A DNA stretch of 61,530 bases, filler included, from Choristocarpus tenellus KU-1152 (GCA_964200185.2; 15 parts of 15 records of this genome joined end to end with filler, not necessarily neighbours in it); one strand, 5' to 3'; counted from the first letter of the whole stretch, positions 1 to 13,513 are shown. The notes: a model not told the origin generated them from the sequence alone. Made by a program: numbers and translations.

Positions 1-1341
1 CTGGTGTAGTTTCCCCCCCCCCCCCAGATACTTCGGGACTGAGTTGATTACTGTGTTTGTGCATACCCTACAGGAATGAAACGATATCAGAATAGGCTCT
101 CTTCAAGCTTATTGTGTGGAATACTTTTAAAAACGGAGTACCAAAATTTCTCTATTTTTGATGATGCTTGTGTTCATGAAGGTGCTATCAATTTTGACGT
201 TTGAAGCATCATCTTCTCCCTTGATTACTCCTGCTGATGAAAACGCATTTAAGAGTGCATTGGGAGACTGGTGCTTTGGAATTGGCTTCATCATCTAGAA
301 TATCGCTCCTGCTAAGTTCTCAACCTATTTTTTGGATGTTCTTGTTGACGATCATTCCACTTCCCCCTGTAATTGTCCTGTTAACCCCTTGGTTGCCATT
401 TACCCTCGAACCAGCGCATTTCCTCCCTGGTAAACGAGGCTCGTTTGCATGACCCTCAGGCCCCACTGTTGAGAGCGGAGTGTCCTCAAGATTTGGCTTT
501 AATGGTCAAGTACTACCGCCTCCTTGAGGTGAGCAGCCCTAACACTAACACTAGCCTCAATTCCAATGGTATGGCATGTAGCATACGTGTACTGTACTGC
601 AATAGCAAGGTTATTTGGAGGAGCCAAATCTTGAGCCCGCAAGCATTTAATTATTTAGCCAATGCCCCAACTATTTCTATGAATGAGTCCACTTCATGCC
701 CTCCTCACATTCCAGTGCTCAGTACTACCTACATTTCCCTTCTCTGTATCTCTTGGTCCCCATACGGCAGGGTGATAAGTCTGGAAGAGTCACAACCACA
801 ACAGAACTCTCCTCGAGGTTGGATCACCTAGGGCTTGTGAAAAAGCATGTGCCAATGCTTCACATTCCTAGTCTGAGTATTGGTAATACAATCAACCGGG
901 ACTGGAATCTGCTGGTGGGTGTAATCTGGGTTGGGGGAAGGGGTGAATGGTAGTAGATTCACTGTACACTATTTACCATGGTAAGAAAATGAATTTATAG
1001 GTTGAAGGACTATGTTAAATTTATAAGGCCCTTCTGGAGCAGTTTCGTATTTCGTATGTACTATGTAATACAGCATTTTAGCAACCCACCTCTTTCAGCC
1101 TAATCATGCTCTAGAGCCAGAGAAGAATCTTCCACAGGCTGGGCATAATTTGGTTCAGAACTCAACACAATTCATGACCTCGTTCGTTGCAACCCTACAT
1201 AAATATCCCCTGCCGATCAAATCCCTGTTCACCTTGTGCCCCTTGCCCCCTGTGCCAGTCGGCCCTTCTCACATTTGACAATGTGTTCCCCTCCTTTCGA
1301 ACTCGAATGGAAAATCTATCAATGCTCATGTTTCCCTACAG

Positions 1342-1503
1342 GTGACCGTGTTGGACATAAAATCAGGAGAGGGCATGGGTGCAGTGGAAGTTGTGATGCG
1401 TGATATGGGAGGCACCCTGGTGGTGTGGAAGACGTTTGGTGTGCGTGATGTACAAGGAGAAGACCTGCATGAGGGCTGTGATTATGTAGTGCAAAGTGCA
1501 AAG
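1342..1503 (+). CDS. Probable host exon, unknown product; possible partner exon at 460-528
   Basis: Polypyrimidine ccctacag acceptor, open frame VTVLDIKSGEGMGAVEVVMRD...VVQSAK, then gtcaag. Confidence 0.35.
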
Positions 1504-3495
1504 GTCAAGGGACTATCTCCTGCTGAGGGAGGCAGGGTTGGAACAGTGTCGGTTGGTAGGTGTCGCCTAGACCCCGTTTGAGGAGGATGAGAGCATATAT
1601 TATGTATTAGAAATTATCTATTGTTGAGCAGTCTGTAGTGACTGTGTTGTGCACATGTGCATATGGGAGAAACGGATCTAGTTGTGTCTCCTTTGTCCAC
1701 CCCTTCGCCCTTAACAATATTAACATTGTTTGCTTGTGTACAATCAATAGACATGCCTTTTTTGTTTGTCGTGTTTGACTCCCTGCTGGCAAGGGCAGGC
1801 AACAGTCATCTCAAGTTGACCGCCCTCTAATTTCCTCCGTGCTCTGCCCCACTCAGGCTTGTATCATGCCTGAGATTTTCATCTTTGATAGTACCATGTG
1901 GACACATGGACTCTGGCTTAGTCCTCTCTCTTAATCTCCTTGCAAGTTGATGATTGGACCGTGGACGTATTCTGATTAGTGACTGGTAACAAACACCCTT
2001 AGAGTGCACCAGCTATTGCTGCATGGTATGGACCTTGATTCCTTTTTCTGAAGAGGAGCAAGTGAACTCAGTCCTATGCAGTATCTGATGATTTACTTAC
2101 CCTTAGTACATAAATATTTTTTCTATTTGTTGCTTGCTATGAAACATTCTGAATGATATATGTACCTACAGATGTCCAATATTCAGTGTTTCGACTGTGT
2201 GATTTTATAGGGGCGAAGGTGGAACTTTAAAATATTTTGCGCTTTCTTTTTACGTAGAGAATTAAGCTATGTTACCTATTTTCCGCCTTCTGGTGTAATA
2301 CCGTCCTGCAGGTACGCACTATGACTTGAAATCCACGGTTTTGCACTAGTCTTTGTAGTAGGGCCCCAACATTAAAGTATTATGATCCTTCGAAATAACT
2401 GTCAAAATGTGCTCTCTGGGTCAGGAACGTGGCAAATGGAAGGTGGGGGAGGAATGCTGTTTGAAACCTCTTCATGCGCCCTTAATAACTACACAGTCTT
2501 TTGTCCTTTGTCAGTAATGGCACACATCCTGTTTGTTACCTTGCTGAAGTTATGCAGTTTCTGTATGCCCTTATCAACCAGGGGAATTGCTCACGAGTAA
2601 TGAAATGCGTATGAATTTTGACTGAAGATTGCAGTTGGTTATTCGTCAGGGCTGCTTAGGACTGACTAAACATTTATTGCTTTTCCAAATGAGATAACAC
2701 AGTGCAGCAGCTGTACCGTCAATGAATGCTGCTTGCTTTACGACTACCTTTTTGGTTCCACGCTCAATCTATTTACATATATTTATGTACGCAAATAGAT
2801 GCGCAGACAATACCACATCATCGCTCTCCCTACTCATATCAAGGTTCCTCGTTGAACAAGAGTTTCTCCATCGACAATACACATTACTTTTCTTGTATTG
2901 ATTAGTTTCATCCCTGAACGATGACAGAACATGAGCATGCCCCAACTAGATACACTACCTATATATTAGTTCTGGTGTATACTGATACCACAACTTGGTT
3001 CAACTTAATCCATTTATTTTGCACAGATGAGAAACATTTAATAATTCGAATTGGATGGAAAAAAAAAGAATAGCACGATGTTACCAGACAGAAAAAAGAT
3101 AGAACACTTACACCATAAAGGTACCATTAGAAACCGTACTAAATAACAATTCGAAGAATTAAACACTACATACTCCAAAGTACTGACGAGGACATACATA
3201 TATTTATGGAGTATTCAATAATGTATGTAGAAGAGAAAAAAGATATTGACATGACGCATGCATGAACATTCTACTTAGATTGCTAATAACGACATGTATA
3301 CATACATATAGTTTAGATTGGTTTCCCCCCTGACACATCTTCAAAATATCAGAGGGCATAATAATATATAATAGACTGCTAAGAGTTGAAACAAATTCTA
3401 GTACCACAACAACTTTTCAACCCTAGATAGAAAAGAGTAGGGCACAGAACAGTGGACGCAAAATATTTTTACGTTATCCTCTCCTTCACAATAAA

Positions 3496-3765
3496 GGCCC
3501 CAAGTATCTGGGGAGGGGGGGAAACAACACCAGGGTGTCCATTTGGGCCAAAATCAGGAAACATGCATTTACATTATCTATTCGAGGTATGCAACCAAAT
3601 CATCCAAGAATCGCGACATGAAAAAATTGACCCCAAATGGAAGTGTAAATATCGTTGTTCCAGACAAATCTTTTCATAACGCATACGTTTTACCTACTCC
3701 GAAACATTCCGTAGTAGGAAAAACGTCGTAAGAAACCCGTGGGAAGCCAAGCCCCAAACGGACAA
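3496..3765. mobile_element. Chimeric MITE A/B
   Basis: Family A sequence runs to ...CCCCAAATGGA (about 3641), then continues as family B internal sequence. Confidence 0.75.
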
Positions 3766-3865
3766 NNNNNNNNNNNNNNNNNNNNNNNNNNNNNNNNNNN
3801 NNNNNNNNNTTAATTAATTAANNNNNNNNNNNNNNNNNNNNNNNNNNNNNNNNNNNNNNNNNNNN
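3766..3865. other. Artificial contig spacer (44 N + TTAATTAATTAA + 44 N), first of 14
   Basis: Identical spacers start at 3766, 8353, 11498, 14238, 18091, 24040, 28386, 33465, 36300, 43027, 45871, 50182, 55523 and 58128. The 12-mer has stops in all six frames. Confidence 0.97.
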
Positions 3866-5981
3866 TCTACTTTCCGCGCACCATTTTGGGTCAAACCCAT
3901 CCTCCATAGTATGCTCCATCCTCAATTTTGGTGAGATCCTGTTATTTCTCATACTAGCAACTGACTAAATACTACTGTTGCTGCACTATGACTACTTGCA
4001 CTGTTTTCGTTCCTACCCTGCCTCTCGCGCGTTGGGTTCAATACCCCTATCGGTGGTCGCTCCATCTCCTCCTTCGAATCTTCTCCTGGACCTTAACTTC
4101 CCACCTTCCTTTGTGACATGGGTCGACCTTCAATCTTGGTTCAGTCATTGAGGTGGTGGCTACCTGGAGAGTTCTAACAAGTTCGAGCTCCTTCGACGTT
4201 GGACTTCTCTTGCGCGGAATCTGGTTTTGATGGTGCTATAATTTCAAGCCCCTGCCAAGCTCAATGGACTGCACACTTGAACTATCCTGTCTGTGGAAAG
4301 CTTCCGCCTGATCCAAGCAGAGAAGGTTCGAGGGAGGAAATGATGTGACGAGGGAAGAGAGTGCTAAACCTAACGCACGAGAATCAAGACAAGACAGTAA
4401 ACTGTAAAATCAGTCGTAAAACAACACCTAGTGCAATAATACCCCTTGTTGGTTTGACATTGTTTTTGGTGAAAAGGTTTTAAATTATTTACCAGCAAAA
4501 ATGATGTCTCTTATTAGAGGTCTAGGGCCATTATTTGATGATTTTGTATCTATGAATAGAATGCTCCAACGAAACTACTATTTTAAATTTAGAGATGACA
4601 CATTTGATAAAATATCCGGGATTACCACGGGGATGAACCATGCTCCCCCACTGGCAAATCAAAACGCCTTCTGTGAATTTTGTTATTTTACAAAAACGAA
4701 AAATAGCGGTATAGATTGCCCTCTAAATTCAGTAGTATTCACCTGTCCCTCTTACTGACATCATGTAGTACATAATTAATACAGAACGAGTCATTACTTT
4801 TACGTAGTAGAGTTAATTCGGTCATACCTGAAAGGCCTTGGCGAAATCTACCAGGGATCGTGCCAATGAATCAGATCACTATGGTGGAGTATATCTTGCG
4901 AATTCACATGATGAAGACGAGGGTCAGTTCGCAAGCGGCATCAAAGTCTTCAAGGTAACCAGAATTTGACGTGTTTTTGCGACTATCTTTAGATTCGTAT
5001 TTCAGTCAATCGAATCCTGGCATAGCATTCATCACGATATATATATATATATATATATGATGAACATGATCACAAGGCAAATATCTATATTCTATCATAC
5101 TCCTGCTTCCTGAAATATGATCAATTTTTTGCAAATGTTCCACCACCTGTCTTTCACGCCTGTTGTGTCAATACACACATCAAATCACTAGTACTCATTC
5201 ATCAATTCATTGTGGTAGCAGCAAATATAGATGTGTGAACACAGATATATAGCCTAACGACTTCTGATATAAGTTAGATTCCATAAAAAAAATGCATTGT
5301 AATATGAAAACCTCGGTAGAATGTGTTTATTTCTGGCATTGGATAAATGGGGGTTTTAGACATATTCGTCCATCAAGGTTCTCATAACGGTAGCTTGTGA
5401 GTATGTAGGATTGAAAATTACCCCTCCTACCTTCCCATTTTTACTTGGCTCGAGGAAGAGAGGCATCAACTTTTATTGCAAGCAAAGTTTCTCCAATCAA
5501 TGATAACATGTTGAAGGCTTCAAGATTAAGATAAATGTCTATGATGCCTTACAGAATGAACTATCTGTGTATGCGTGTTCTTCAAATCGTGTGGAAATGC
5601 TGCGATAAGTTTTTATCAACATACACATTATCTGTAAATAAAAAGATGGATTACTACATGCACAGTATGACTGAGGGAAGCAATAATTCACGATTTTTTT
5701 TGTATATCCTTTTAATTTTTTTCACGATAGGCAACATTAAAAAATATGGTTGGAATTGTGGGGACAAGCCTGATCTCATGAAGACGGACAGACGCCCTAA
5801 CTCCACATGCGCTCAAAAATAAGGACAGTTTTAGGTTGGAGAAATTGCTTCGGTCTGCCTAAGTAGATTGGCGGCATTCAAGATGCTAGCAAATATGGCA
5901 CAGGTCCATTCATCCCATAGATGTATGGAATGAATGCAGAGATCCAAACGCATCAAGCAATAGTATAGTAGCACCTTGGAC

Positions 5982-7098
5982 TCACAATAAAATCAGTATC
6001 CCATATGATTCATAATAATCTGAAAAAGGGGAGGATTCTTTTTTGGGGGGTATCCTTGCTCTTTTAATATTTGCACCATGGTTTTGCGTACATGGTGCGA
6101 AACCTATTTCATTGGAACACTGACATAGGACTCCTAAGATACGTGTTTGTGGTTCAAATCGTGGAGGTTGTAAAATGTGGAGTCGTGCAGGTGATGGCAA
6201 AAGGGTAAGTTCACGTAGACTATGGCATTGGTCTCTTCAATTTCGTTCGTAAGTGGCCCCCAGTATTCAAGCAGTAACCTGCGAATACGTGCTTTCCTCT
6301 CCTCAGTCAGGGGTCGGGTCTTGATTCGACCCCTTCTCTGCATACCGCCCAAACGATTCAGTATGGTACCCAGACCCCTCAATGAGAGGTCCACTCCAAA
6401 CTTTGTCGTACCCAGGTCACCAAATCTCAATGGAAGATCAAATTTCTCAACGAGTGCTGTGTAGAGATGAAGAGTTCCATCTCGTCCAGCTATAGTGTAA
6501 GGAGTTTTCACCTCTTATCACAGCCCACTTGAATAATCCCCCTCTCAGCTCCAAAGATGCAAATATCTCTCCTTTCTCCTTCTAAATTTTCGTGATGTGG
6601 AAAACCTTGTCGTATCCCATCCCGACAGTTACGCAGATGGCTCCACCACCTCAATTTGATTCATATGGTTTGTAGATAACGAACTGGTAGTATAGGGTCA
6701 GCAGCACACCTGCCTACCTCTCAGAAACCACCTGTCTGGTGACCAACTTCAGTCTCTCCATTTCCTCTTTGGCATCAGCTTCCCTAACCTCTTGAGCATT
6801 ACGTCACGTGGAGGCTTTCAAGTTTCTCTTCCTTGCCGTTGCATGAAATTGGGGAAAGGGAGATGCAAAAGGGTGGTCTCATGAAGTTGGAAGTTACAGC
6901 TGAACCACTTGATACTAACAAAGGCGACATGTGAGTATATTATGTATTATAATTGGTTGAAAAATCGTAACATAGAAAATGATAACATACTGTCTTTATA
7001 TTTACCACAACTGTTACTTTTTCAGAGGTTCTCATATTTAATTGACTTTTCATCAGCTTTTCGCCTAGGGTATCTGTAAAATATCAGAAGACATAATA
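5982..7098 (-). mobile_element. Possible IS630/Tc1-like transposase remnant with a family-E-type terminus at about 7045-7098
   Basis: KFGVDLSLRGLGTILNRLG...RKARIRRLLLEY...IVYV looks like an HTH-to-catalytic junction, but the catalytic DE is not intact. Confidence 0.4.
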
Positions 7099-7120
7099 AT
7101 AAAAACACATATTTTATTAT

Positions 7121-7692
7121 TATGCCCTCTAACATTTTGGAGATGTGCCAGGGGAGAAACAAATGAAAACTATTCATAGTTGTCATAAATGTGAGCACAT
7201 CGATTTACTATTTTACTACTACGTATCGTGTACCAATGCCTTCCTGTCTGTCCAACCTAGCTATTCTTGCACTGCAGGGTGAGGAGGTAGGGAAGCATCA
7301 CAAGAACCTAACAAACCCCTCCTTGTCCATCTTATTGGTATAGTGGTACCAGTAGCTTTGCCCTCTAGGGTTGTCCCATCATAACTTTTGATGTAGACGT
7401 CAGATTATTAAAAAAAGCATATTCGTGATGTCCATCACAAGCCCCTCCAGAGTATGGGCTTCTTCTTTTTTTCCGACATGTTATCCTTTTTTGAAGAAAG
7501 ACCGGTAATATTGGGGTTCGAACCCTGGATTGTAGGTCACCAAGAGTGGCAACAGATGCATTATTACTTGATTAAAATAGCTTTTTCCCGCCGTATCGCC
7601 GCAACAGATATACAACAATACTATACACTCACAACATGTATAGTTTTCATTGGTTTCCCCCCTGAAACATCTGTAAAATATCAGAGGGCATA
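7121..7692. mobile_element. MITE family E with about 55-bp TIRs (TATGCCCTCT...AGAGGGCATA) in TA-rich flanks
   Basis: Inverted copies at 7121-7173 and 7640-7692. Lone termini at about 3308-3362, 7070-7098, 23225-23250 and 42903-42953. Confidence 0.7.
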
Positions 7693-7739
7693 ATAATACA
7701 AATATAAAACACCATCACCATACCTGCTTTCGAGCAGGT

Positions 7740-8352
7740 ATGGAGCAAGCAGACAACACCTCACTATGGACACTAGAGAGGATAATGGAGGTGGAAAACT
7801 CAACAGAAGACACAGATTTTTTTGAAGGAGGGTGCAATAATAGGTCTCCCTGCCCAGAGACCCACCAACAAGTACAGGCACAGATGTCTACAAGTGCGGG
7901 GGGTCTGGGCCTCTCCTCTATGAAACACCGCCAACATGTGGCTTTCGTAGGATCACTGGTAGCTACTCTCCCCACCCTCCTTGCAAGGCAACAAGGGCCT
8001 CATGGTGAGTTCTTCTCGCAAGTTATCTCCACGAGCCCCACCATTCAGACCTTAGGAACATCCATTCACTCCCTCCTAGCCACAGGTGTCCCCAGAGAAG
8101 ACCTTGCCAAAATCACTGGCCAAGACTGGGTAACCTGGGGGGGAACAACATCCCCTGCACCTGCCCCAGAGGTACATATTCTAGCTGCCCATGACGTCAG
8201 GACCACAAGGAGGGCTCAACACGAGATCACACGTCTCCTGAACAAGATCCGTTTTGACTCCTTCAGGACACAACTGGCCGGTCATCCAAATGAGGCACAT
8301 CAAGGGGGGGAAAGCTCCTCATTAGCCCTAGCGTGCCACCGGAGCCAGTGTG
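7740..8352 (+). mobile_element. Non-LTR retrotransposon fragment (CRE-like, post-RT region)
   Basis: QQVQAQMSTSAGGLGLSS...VAFVGSLVATLP matches the GGLGL thumb-region motif of early-branching non-LTR elements. Truncated by the gap. Confidence 0.65.
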
Positions 8353-8840
8353 NNNNNNNNNNNNNNNNNNNNNNNNNNNNNNNNNNNNNNNNNNNNTTAA
8401 TTAATTAANNNNNNNNNNNNNNNNNNNNNNNNNNNNNNNNNNNNNNNNNNNNATGAAAAAATTGACCCCAATTGGACAGTCGCTACCCCCTCCCAGATAC
8501 TTTGAGCCAGAACAATGTAATCCGACCGTACTCGCCACATTCACACTCTGCAGTTACCACGCCGAGATCTCTGATGTACAAAGTTAGAGATCCCTCCAGC
8601 GTGGTGTTATGTGTTACATATATGTGTATATACACGTGTGATATGTTTATTTATGCTTCAAAAATATCATCTCATCCGGCCGTCTCTGCGCTGCTGCAGC
8701 AGTTACCACGTGTAAATACCTACAGAATTAGAGATCCGCTGCTAGCATACGATTCCTCTAGGATTCCATCCCCCGTCCCTTGTATCCACCTCCAACACAA
8801 CTCCCATCCATTTATATACATATGTGCGCTACTACAACAG

Positions 8841-11050
8841 GAACGGCACAAACAAAGATAAGGACATGGCTCCGAAGCGAGACCTGGTGATGTCCTGTAT
8901 AGACTACTGGGCGGATACATACAGGCAGTTCATGCCTCACAAGTCCGCAATTGTGATCTACGCCGCGAACAAAGAGGTAGATTTTGCCCTTGGTTGTGAA
9001 GAGGTTGGTGAGCCAAAGTATCTTAGAGGGTACAGTCGCGTCCATTTGGGGACCAAAATCCGATTATGCAATTTTGATGTAATTTTTACTATATATTTGT
9101 TAGGAGATGTCAATATCCTTGTCTGGACACTCCTTTTCATAATGTATACATTTTACCTACTCCGAAACATTTTGGAGTAGGTAAAAAATGTCAATAAAAA
9201 CCCATGGGAAGCCAAGCCCCACATGAGCAAACAGGACAAAATTCGTACCCTCTAAGATACTTTCACTCTGGCCGCACCCTGTGTTGGAGTTAGTTGCAAA
9301 CCGTGTGACCCAGCAGTACGTAGAAGAAGTGTATCGAAGGAGTATTTCGAGTGGTGGGTGTTTACTACTTTGACCGGTCTGAGATTATGGTTAAAAAAAA
9401 ATGTAAAGATTCGTACGAAGTGCTATTTTATTCGTTTGTTATGTCAAGACTACAATGATGATGATGATACTCTGCGTCGCTTTTACGAAGGAAGGCACAA
9501 TAACTGTTATTTCACCGTTGTGTACACCTAATCTGCGACCCCGGGCCCAGTCTGACATTGGTAGTAAAAGTGTGTACTTCGTATGTCTAAAGCGCTTCGC
9601 GATGATGATGATGATGATGGTAGATTCGCCTCTTCACCGTTTCTGCAAACGACAGCGAGGTCCGAAAAGAATGACGCTCTTGGCAGATTTACGAAGATCA
9701 TTGTATTCGACCTTTCATAACGCACGATGTAAGCTTGCTTGATCCTGTCTCCCGTGTTCTCAGTCAAGTTATTGGTCAGTCCGCCTTCAAGAGATCTTGC
9801 AAGCGGTGTTCTTCGAGTGTTCCTTCTCAATACCTCCTCACTTGCCCACACAACCAACATTATTAATTAGGAGTTATACAAGGATTTTTGCAAAGAAGCA
9901 ATACGGGTATATCCTGACGACACTTCCAAGCGGGTAAGCAAGGCGCATTTCCTCCGATTGCTCAGAGAGGACAGGCCCAACATCAGGGTGAGGGTAGGAG
10001 GCGAATTTATGAAATGTGACATATGTGTCATGTTAAAAGAGAAGCGGCACGGTGCGCCTGGTGTAAAACCCACGAACGACTCCACTGTCCTCAAGTCCAT
10101 CGACAAGGAGTTGCCAGACCATCGAAAGTTAGGTGTCCAGCGTTAATTTTGCGACAAGCGTACAGTGGCAACATGTTGCCGTCATTGCCCTCCATTGGGA
10201 ACAACATCTGTTGCCTTTTGCGAATGAAGACTCCAATGCAAGTGCTTATGGCAGCAGCAGCAGCCTCACTCAGCGCAAAAATGTTGTTATTAGTTGCCCA
10301 AACACCTTGTATGATAGACTGCTTCCTGGTCATCTACAACGGGCTGTGGGAGGGACAGGTCATGTAGCGGTCTTCCGGCCCCATACGTACGTACTTGCTA
10401 CCGTCCCGATAATACTGTGTTTGCCTTGAATGCAGCAATAAAAAACAAGACCAAAGATAAATATTTTTTGTTACATACACTCGATTTCTGTTACTAACCT
10501 GATATGTGTTAACAAGTGGCCATTTCTTTACAACTTTAAGCAGGTTTATTTGATTTACCTCCGTGATGTTGCTCTCGCCCATTCGCCAGATTATCCAAGC
10601 GGATCAGCTGGTCATCGCCAACAGCACCAGCAGCGCCATGCAGGCCAAAGCCGACGGCAAACCTCTTGGCTTCGTGTTCATGTCCGTAGACGCGGCGAAC
10701 CAGACATCACACGCCCTCCCAGCAACTTTACCCACCTACCCAAGGCGGTGACAGGTAACCACAAGCACACATAGTCCATCTGTCAACAAGTTTGCAGCCG
10801 CACGCAGAACAGAATATATGACCCTGTTTTATTCTACGAATGAGTGCATGAACCACAAGAAGTAACCGCCAAAACAGACGCACATAATTCCACTACCTAT
10901 TCCGTTCATCATCATCATGATGCACCGTAACACCTTTCTTTACACGTTTCTTTGGTTTATGTCCTTCTTATCAGGGGCTACTCCGAGCGCCAGAAGATCA
11001 TGGCCACACACGTCGAAGGCCAGTTCGCGGAGATGTTCTTCACTCAGGAG
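8841..11050 (+). mobile_element. Intron-containing Sola-like / DUF7869-type DDE transposase fragment; exons about 8841-8976, 9871-10130, 10590-10747, 10975-11050
   Basis: Spliced translation: ...DYWADTYRQFMPHKSAIVIYAANKE|ELYKDFCKE...VSKAHFLRLLREDRPNIRVRVGGEFMKCDICVMLKEK...|...FMSVDAANQTSHALP...R|GYSERQKIMATHVEGQFAEMFFTQE. Introns 1 and 3 have GT-AG boundaries with matching phases (0 and 2); the exon 2 donor is ambiguous. The CxxC motif followed by SVDxxNQxxxxLP resembles the first catalytic-Asp region of Sola-like transposases. Confidence 0.6.
9010..9268. mobile_element. MITE family B in intron 1 of the Sola-like gene
   Basis: TIRs present; flanks TGGT/TGGC. Confidence 0.85.
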
Positions 11051-13513
11051 GTACGTATGGTGGGTTGTGGCTCAACAATCACACGACTGAATAGATGCTG
11101 ATTGCGCACGCACCACTTGATTTACCATCATCATGGCGAGCGGACCCGCCGTAGTTTAGATACCCGAGGACGACTACATCCTTACACGATTTGCCTACAG
11201 ATACTGCAGGCCTGGTGAACAGTCGATTAATTGATGATGCGCTGTGCTCCCCTGCCCTCGTACACCTCAGCTTCGGAAGGGTGAGAGGAGTGTAAGAGCT
11301 AATCAAGGAGGAGGAAAACCCATAGACATGTATATCAGCCAGTCGGGTGTATATGCTCTACATCGCAAAAACACATTCCATTACCCCTCTCTTTAGCTCC
11401 AATTAAACAATGCGTAAGTAAGCAGAGTACTATATACCAACTAACGACGGACATCAGAGTGAAACTATCTTAGAGGGTACGAATTTTTCCCTGTTTGNNN
11501 NNNNNNNNNNNNNNNNNNNNNNNNNNNNNNNNNNNNNNNNNTTAATTAATTAANNNNNNNNNNNNNNNNNNNNNNNNNNNNNNNNNNNNNNNNNNNNAGA
11601 CCTTTCCTCTCCTCACACTCGATCACTCCCCCCCCCCCCCCACCCCCCCAACCCCCCCCCCCCCCCCCCCCCCCACACCCGATCACTTCACACTCAATCA
11701 CAGTAGTATGACAGGCATGGTCTTTAAATACCTCCTTATTTTTCATGTACCCACTCCAGAGAGACCTCTTGCCAACATCTCTTGTTGCTGCTACTCCCTC
11801 CCAGTCCCCCTCCCCCCACTGATATCACTACTGCTAAAGCTGGAACTCCTTTCACCATTGAGGTTTCGATGGAGGTCAGCCCATTTCTGAGAGTGCTGTA
11901 TGGGAGGACCTTTTGAAAATTCACGATATGGGGCACTGAACCAGTCCGTTGAACGGTCTGACTCAGGGTGGGGGGAGCTCGACTTGTCTCCTTGGGCAAT
12001 GTCTCCATTCTCCCGGCCCTGGCCAATGCTCTTCCTCCCCCCCCTCCTTGTGCTGCTATCCTGGGAGTTGCTCCTTTCGCCATGCCTACCATGCCTCTTC
12101 CCATGTCCATTCCTGTGCATCTCTTCACCTCCTGATGTGCCAAGCACAGGTGACTGACCAGCAGTGTGAGAAAACAGGGTTGGGGGCAGTGAGGGGGGGG
12201 CAGGAACTCGATTTGGTATGTTAGAACACCATCGAATCTCAACTCTGTGGGATGATAAGTGAAAAAAAAAAAAAACAAGAGGGTTGCTCCTAAATATGTG
12301 GGAGGCGGTTCGGTCACAACTGTAGAGGGTTAAACAATATTTGCAGCAACTGGCAAATACTTTTTTTCTCCTTTCCTTTCCCATGCACACTTAAATGCAT
12401 TGCAGTAAAAGTATCACCGATTCAATCAGACCAGTCAACTCTAATATATTTAAAATCACTCAACAACAAAAATACAGATAATCTGGATCCACCCCTCTCA
12501 ACACTACCATCGCTGTACCAATCAAATACCACACATGTGTATATAAAGATAAACAAAGCTATATATATATATATTTATTTTTTTTATATCGAGAAATTAT
12601 TTTTCTTTTCAACATTAAATAAACATTATATAAGCAACATTAAATAAACAACATAAAATAAGCAACATTAAATAATTTTAAAGCAAGAACCGAAAAAGTC
12701 AGTTGTCATGGGAGAGATCAATCAGGAAAGGGAACCAGACCTCGATGCAGGAGCACAAATGATTTTTTTTAATTCAAACTCTTCACTGTGTCATCAAATT
12801 CTATCAATTTTTTTTTCAACTTTCCAAATTCAAATACCTAACAAGCTTCTTGTATCTGCCAATCCTTGAAACATAACTCTACCAACTACAGCCTGAGGTC
12901 CTTTCCCAAACAAGAATTATATTCCAACATTTTGAAGGGCCCGATCCTACTAGATATCGGAAAAGAACAAGAAAAATTATTTTTAAAAAAGGAACGAAAT
13001 TTTCATCCCCTTCCCACAAAATTTCAGAATATTTTCACACAAAATTCTTGACATTTGGAACACAACTTCATCCTCAGCCCTCCACCTCATGCCTGTGTCC
13101 AACTTATCACATACACTGTGTTCTACAGGAGGAGGAGGGCGCAGGGGCAGTTTGCCTATCTCCCCCTTTTTTTTTCCTTACAAAAAAAATGTCCATGATG
13201 AGGTACCTAAATGACATGCCTGCCCCACTGAAGCTCGCTCTGTTTCCCTCACCTCTGAGTGAGCACGTGATCTCCTCGCCACGCCCTCATCATGTCTTGA
13301 AGTAGTTCTGTTCCTTGAGGCTCTCCCAGTCTCTGTACTAGCTTTTACCTCAGTAGGGGTATGCTCGTCACTTGTCCTGCAAAAACAGTGTGAATGTTGA
13401 GTGTGTACAATCTCTTTTTTTTTAAATAAAAAAATACAAGTAGATAAAAGTCATCGGTACTTGATTTCATTTATTTACAGTATCTGAACCTCGCGAAACG
13501 TAATACTCTATAG

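Noticed and set aside
3810-3821. Recurrent TTAATTAATTAA palindrome as a biological motif, and ORFs ending in ...XXXLIN
   Set aside because: It is an assembly spacer embedded in fixed-length N runs.
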